This document shows, in pieces, positions 59,302-64,000 of a stretch of DNA of 64,000 nucleotides. A model generated the notes under the pieces. The model was not told the DNA's origin. It saw only the letters and a list, made by a program, of their open reading frames with translations, and ran no database searches. The stretch covers positions 128,001 to 192,000 of the forward strand of contig CAWBHS010000049.1 of the NCBI GenBank assembly GCA_963788655.1. Direction: 5' to 3'. Numbering within the stretch: the first letter of the stretch is position 1; the number at the start of each line of letters is the position of its first letter. Source of the DNA: an uncultured Verrucomicrobiae bacterium (GTDB lineage Bacteria > Verrucomicrobiota > Verrucomicrobiia > Limisphaerales > JAFGQR01). The position numbers and the translations under genes are program-made.

Positions 59302-62300
59302 ATGTATAATCCTCACTGTTCCTTCCTGACTTCCGGACCACCTCTTCAATCAACCGCCCGCCAAGGGAGGCGGTCACTCCTGCTAATACTGTGTATGCTG
59401 GTGGGATTGGGAGCAGCGCGCCTGTCGCTGGAAGCCGCGGAAGCCGATCTGAGCATCGCTTGCCCGGACCAAGCCGCCCCCGTAAACATCAACAGCGCCG
59501 TTACGTACACGATTGGGGTCACCAATCTCGGAGCTTCAGCCGCAACCAGCGTGCAGGTGACCGACGTGCTCCCGCTTCCATTTGCCTTCGTCTCGGCCAA
59601 TGCCAGCCAGGGAAGCTGCAGCCAGCAAAACGGCACGGTCGTTTGCAACCTGGGCGACTTGGGCGTCAGTGCCACCGCGACCATCACCGTGGTCGCAACC
59701 GCCCAACGCAGCGGGGTGTACGCGAACGAGGTTTCTGTGGTTGCCAATGAAACCGATCCAGTTCCCAACAACAACCTCGCGAGTGGCAACGCTACGGTGA
59801 TTCTGCCTGCCGTTTCGTTTGCCACCGGCGAAACCATTTTGCTGGGGGACATACTTCCCGGCGCGGCGACTCCCTATCCGTCCACGATCACCGTCTCCGG
59901 TCTGACTTCCACCGTGTACAAAGTCACCGCGACCCTTCGGAATCTGGCCCACGATTACCCCCAAGATGTCGATGTGTTGCTGGTCGGTCCGCAAGGACAA
60001 AGCGTGCTATTGATGTCCGACGCCGGCGGCCCAGACGCCATCACCAACGTCACCCTCACCTTCGACAGCGCCGCCATCGACTTGGTCCCGAGACTGGATG
60101 CAGTTCTTTCGGGCACGTACCGGCCCACCGACTACGGCACCACCGTAGGCGACACAGCGGATAATTTTCCCGCCCCGGCCCCCGGGCGTCCGTGGGGCTC
60201 GGCGATGACGGTGTTCAACGGCACCAATCCCAACGGCGTATGGTCGCTCTACGTGGTGGATGATCTTTCGGAGTACGGTGGCAGTCTCGAGAACGGCTGG
60301 AGTCTTAACATCCAAACGGTTTCGCCGCTGAACGATTTGGGAGTCGCTCTAGTTGCCCAACCGGATTCCATCGCCGTGGGAGCCGACCTCACCTATTCCC
60401 TGGCCGTCAGCAACCAAGGTCCGGCGTCGGCCATCAATGTCGTGGTCACCAATCGTCTGCCAGACAATGTGAATTTCGTTTCGGCCACGGCCAGCCAGGG
60501 GAGTTGCTCGCAAGCGGGCGGTGTGGTGACTTGCACGATTGGCAACCTGGGAGTCAACGGCATCGCAACCGTGGAAATTATCGTTACTACAACGACGACG
60601 GGCAACCTTACCGCAACCGTCGGCGTCACCGCCCTCAACACCGATCCCAACTTAGCCAACAACGGCGCCACTGCAACCACCGCCGTTCTGAACCCGCCGA
60701 TGATCGTCACCTCGCCCACCAGCTTGACCCGTGTGCCGGGGCAATCGGCAGCGTTCACTGTCACGGCCACCGGTGATTCACTCAGCTACCAATGGCAAAA
60801 AGGAGGCGTTGACGTGTCTGGCGCCACCGCAGCGACGCTGACATTTGATCCCGTGCAACTGGCGGACGCCGGCGACTACACCGTGCGCGTCAGCAATCCG
60901 GTCGGCACCGTGGTGAGCGATCCGGCGACCTTGACGGTCCAGGCGCCGCCGCCCATTACGTCGCCGCCGCAGAGCCGGACCAACATTGCGGGCACTACGG
61001 CGACCTTCACCGTGGTTTCCTCAAATCCCGGTCCCCTGACTTACGCCTGGTATTTCCAAGGAACTCAACTACTGCCTGGCGCCGATACGGCCACCCTGAC
61101 CTTGCCCAATGTGCAGTTGGCCAGCGCTGGAGCCTATCATGTTGTCGTGACCGGTCCCGGCGGCAGCTCGACGAGCAGCACCGCCAACCTGACCGTGTGG
61201 GAAGTGGACTTTGGCGATGCCCCGGCTCCGTACCCAACGCTCCTGGCCAACGACGGTGCCCGCCACATTCTTGTGCCGGGCGTTTTCCTGGGGCTGCGGG
61301 TGGATCATGAAACTGATGGCGCACCATCGGCGGATGCCTTGGGTGACGACAGTGCCGGTTCACCTGACGATGAGGATGGCGTGACGTTGAACGGTCCCTG
61401 GCTTGCGGGTCAGACCGTTTCGATCACCGTCGTTGCTTCCGTGAGCGGCTCGTTAAACGCCTGGGCCGATTTCAATGGCAATGGAAGTTGGGCGGACGCG
61501 GGGGAACAAATCTTTGCGGACCAAATGCTGACCGCCGGAGCGAATGAATTGACGGTGGCAGTTCCGGCGGACGCGAATATGGGAACCTGTCTCGTGCGTT
61601 TCCGTTTCAACACGGCCGGCAACCTGTCCTTTGCCGGTCTGGCTCAAGACGGCGAAGTCGAGGACTACGCGGTGACCATCAACGCGTCGGCGGACGTGGC
61701 GATCACCGCCAGCGGTCTGCCGGCAACCATTCCTACCGGAAACAACCTGACCTTCAATCTGCTGGCCAACAACCAGGGTCTTTCAGCGGCTACCACCGTG
61801 CTGGTCACCAATTACCTGCCGACCGGGTTCAGTTTTGTTGCCGCCACCCCGAGCCAGGGCAGTTGCCAACAGGCCGACGGTATCGTGCGTTGCGATCTGG
61901 GAACTCTGGCGCCATCCGCCAGCGCGACCATTGCCATTGAAGTGCTTCCCGCCACCGCCGGGACATTTGACAACCGGGCTACGATTGTGGCGGCGCCGAC
62001 GGATCCGGTTTCCAATAACAACACGGCGTTAACCACCGTCATCGTGTTGGAGCCTCCCACCATTCTGACACCGCTTCAAAGCATCAATGCGACCAATGGG
62101 GACACGGTAATTTTCAGCGTGCAAGCCGGCGGGACTTCGCTGGCTTATCAATGGCAACGTAATGGGACCGATTTGCCTGAGGCCAGGAGCGCCACCCTGA
62201 CGCTGGATCCCGTGCAGCCCGGCGATGCGGGGGATTACACGGTTTCAGTCACCAACGACGTGGGCGCAGTCCTGAGTAGCGCGGCCACGCTGACCGTGGT

Positions 62301-64000
62301 CGTGCCGCCTTACATCATCCAGCAGCCGGAGTGCAAAACTGCAACGGAGGGTGACAACTATACCTTCAGCGTGGTCGCCGACGGCGATCCGGTGCCGACG
62401 TATCAATGGCGCAAAGATGGACTCGAACTCACGGGCCAGACCAATCCAACGTTGGAGTTATTGAACATCCAATCCGGCAACGCCGGGGATTACCAAGTGG
62501 TCGTATCCAGCACGTTGGGCGCGGTGACCAGCATCGTGGCTCGTCTGGCCGTGCGCGCTCCAGGCGACCCGGCCTATCCCGATCCGCAAGGCGGTTGGGC
62601 GTACGAGTATTCCGGCGACAGTGTTGCTACCGCACCCACGGCGGCGCTGGATGGTACGTGGAATCACGAATTCGATTCGTGGGGTGGCGATGGTCGTGGT
62701 CCCGGCGTCGGCGCCCCGGGTGGTGTCGGCACCGCCAATGGTGTGTTGACCATCGAGGATGACGTGAGCAGCGTGATCGGTCTGAACGACAATCGCCGCA
62801 TTTATTTCACCCACAACCTCCAACGCGAAACGTCTGCGGCCACTGCCAGCACCGTCCTGGACAACGGGATCACTTTGAGCTTTCGGATGCGGTTGACGCC
62901 GCCCGCGCCGACGGATCCCCTCACCGAATTAGCGCCGGCTCCAAATGGCGGGGTCAACAAGGACTTGGGCAAAGGCATGATCGGTGTGCGGCAAGGCGGC
63001 AACGGTAGCGGCATTATTTCGTTCAGCTTGAACCAGGCTCTGGAAGACACCAGTCCAACGACCACCCAAAACTTCGGCCAGTCGGGGCTGCACATGAATA
63101 ACCTGTCCACGTTCAACGCCTTTGTCGATCCGGGCCTGCCGGGCACGCTGAACCTGCTGCCGCTGGACCCAACGGTCTTTCACCAGTTTTGGATCACAAT
63201 TCAGGACAACGGCGCCGAGGACGGCACCCATCGCGTGTCAATCTACGTCGATGGCAGTCTGACACCGACGGTCTTCAATGTGACCGCCGGCGCCGGCGTG
63301 GACCTGCCGTCCTCGGATGCGACGGCCACCAATTACCTGGCGCTGGGTCAAAGCAGCACCCCCCAAGTAGGAGCGTTTGACCTGGATTTCCTGGCGTACA
63401 AACCCGGAGTCATTCCGCCAACAGGTTTCGACGATCCGGTAACCATTGTTAGCTCGCCGGTCAGCCAAGTGATCGCCGAAGGTGAAGTCGCCACATTCAA
63501 TGTCGGCGTGACTGGTTCGCCACCGATCACTTTCCAATGGTTTAAAGACGGCACGGCCATCAGTGGCGCCGCCAGCGATTCTTACACCACGCCACCGATC
63601 GTGCCGGCTGATGACGGCGCGGAATTTACGGTGGTGGTCGATAATTTCTGCGGCAGTGTCACCAGCGCCCCAGTGACGTTGCGGCTCCTGCAGGCCCCGC
63701 AAATCGTGACGCAGCCGCCAAGCCTGGTGGTGACCAACGGCGATCCTGCCAGCTTCAGTGTTGCGGTCACCGCGAGAAGGGAACATCACCTACCAGTGGC
63801 GATTGAACGGAATTGATCTACCCGGCGCGAACGCGGCCACGCTCTCGCTGGCCAGTGCGCAACCGGGCGATGCGGGAAGCTATGACGTGGTGATCGCAAA
63901 TGACGCCGGCTCCGTGACCAGCGCGGTAGCGACGTTGACCGTGCGACTGATGGACTACGGCGATGCGCCCTCGCCCTTCCCGACGCTGACCGTTGACAAT
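59302..64000 (+). CDS. Giant surface protein (DUF11, P-domain-like, Ig, GEVED repeats); frameshift near 63775; runs off the window end
   Basis: Signal region, three DUF11-like repeats, many YQW Ig repeats and DFGDAP...DGEVEDY. After 63775 the +1 frame continues EGNITYQWRLNG...MDYGDAP to the edge. Confidence 0.85.

Overview
GC-rich bacterial chromosomal segment. Gene content suggests Verrucomicrobiota (Pedosphaera/Limisphaera-like); this is an inference from the Ig-rich secreted proteins, orphan ABC permease paralogues and the purA-uppS-cdsA-dxr-rseP-ispG gene order. About 45 CDS are present. Housekeeping genes: DEAD helicase, SUI1/yciH, galK, purA, uppS, cdsA, dxr, rseP, long-form ispG, dinB and a CCA-type nucleotidyltransferase. 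Also lutABC, glycan-active enzymes, sodC, a ClC channel, a small toxin-antitoxin/Uma2 islet and three large modular surface proteins. I found no rRNA, tRNA, CRISPR array or intact transposase. The best candidate for an undescribed system is a four-gene trans-envelope signalling operon at 33.2-40.5 kb: TonB-dependent receptor, secreted Ig/P-domain/CHRD protein, YfiR-family periplasmic protein, and a CHASE8-like/HAMP hybrid histidine kinase. It looks like a YfiBNR-like relay with different input and output modules. Two unrelated secreted proteins share a C-terminal ...DxxxW...D...RFYR domain, a candidate lineage-specific sorting signal. Other signals are a terminator hairpin inside the purA leader, several REP/REPIN/MITE families (some nested), and many single-base frameshifts in conserved genes that are probably assembly errors.
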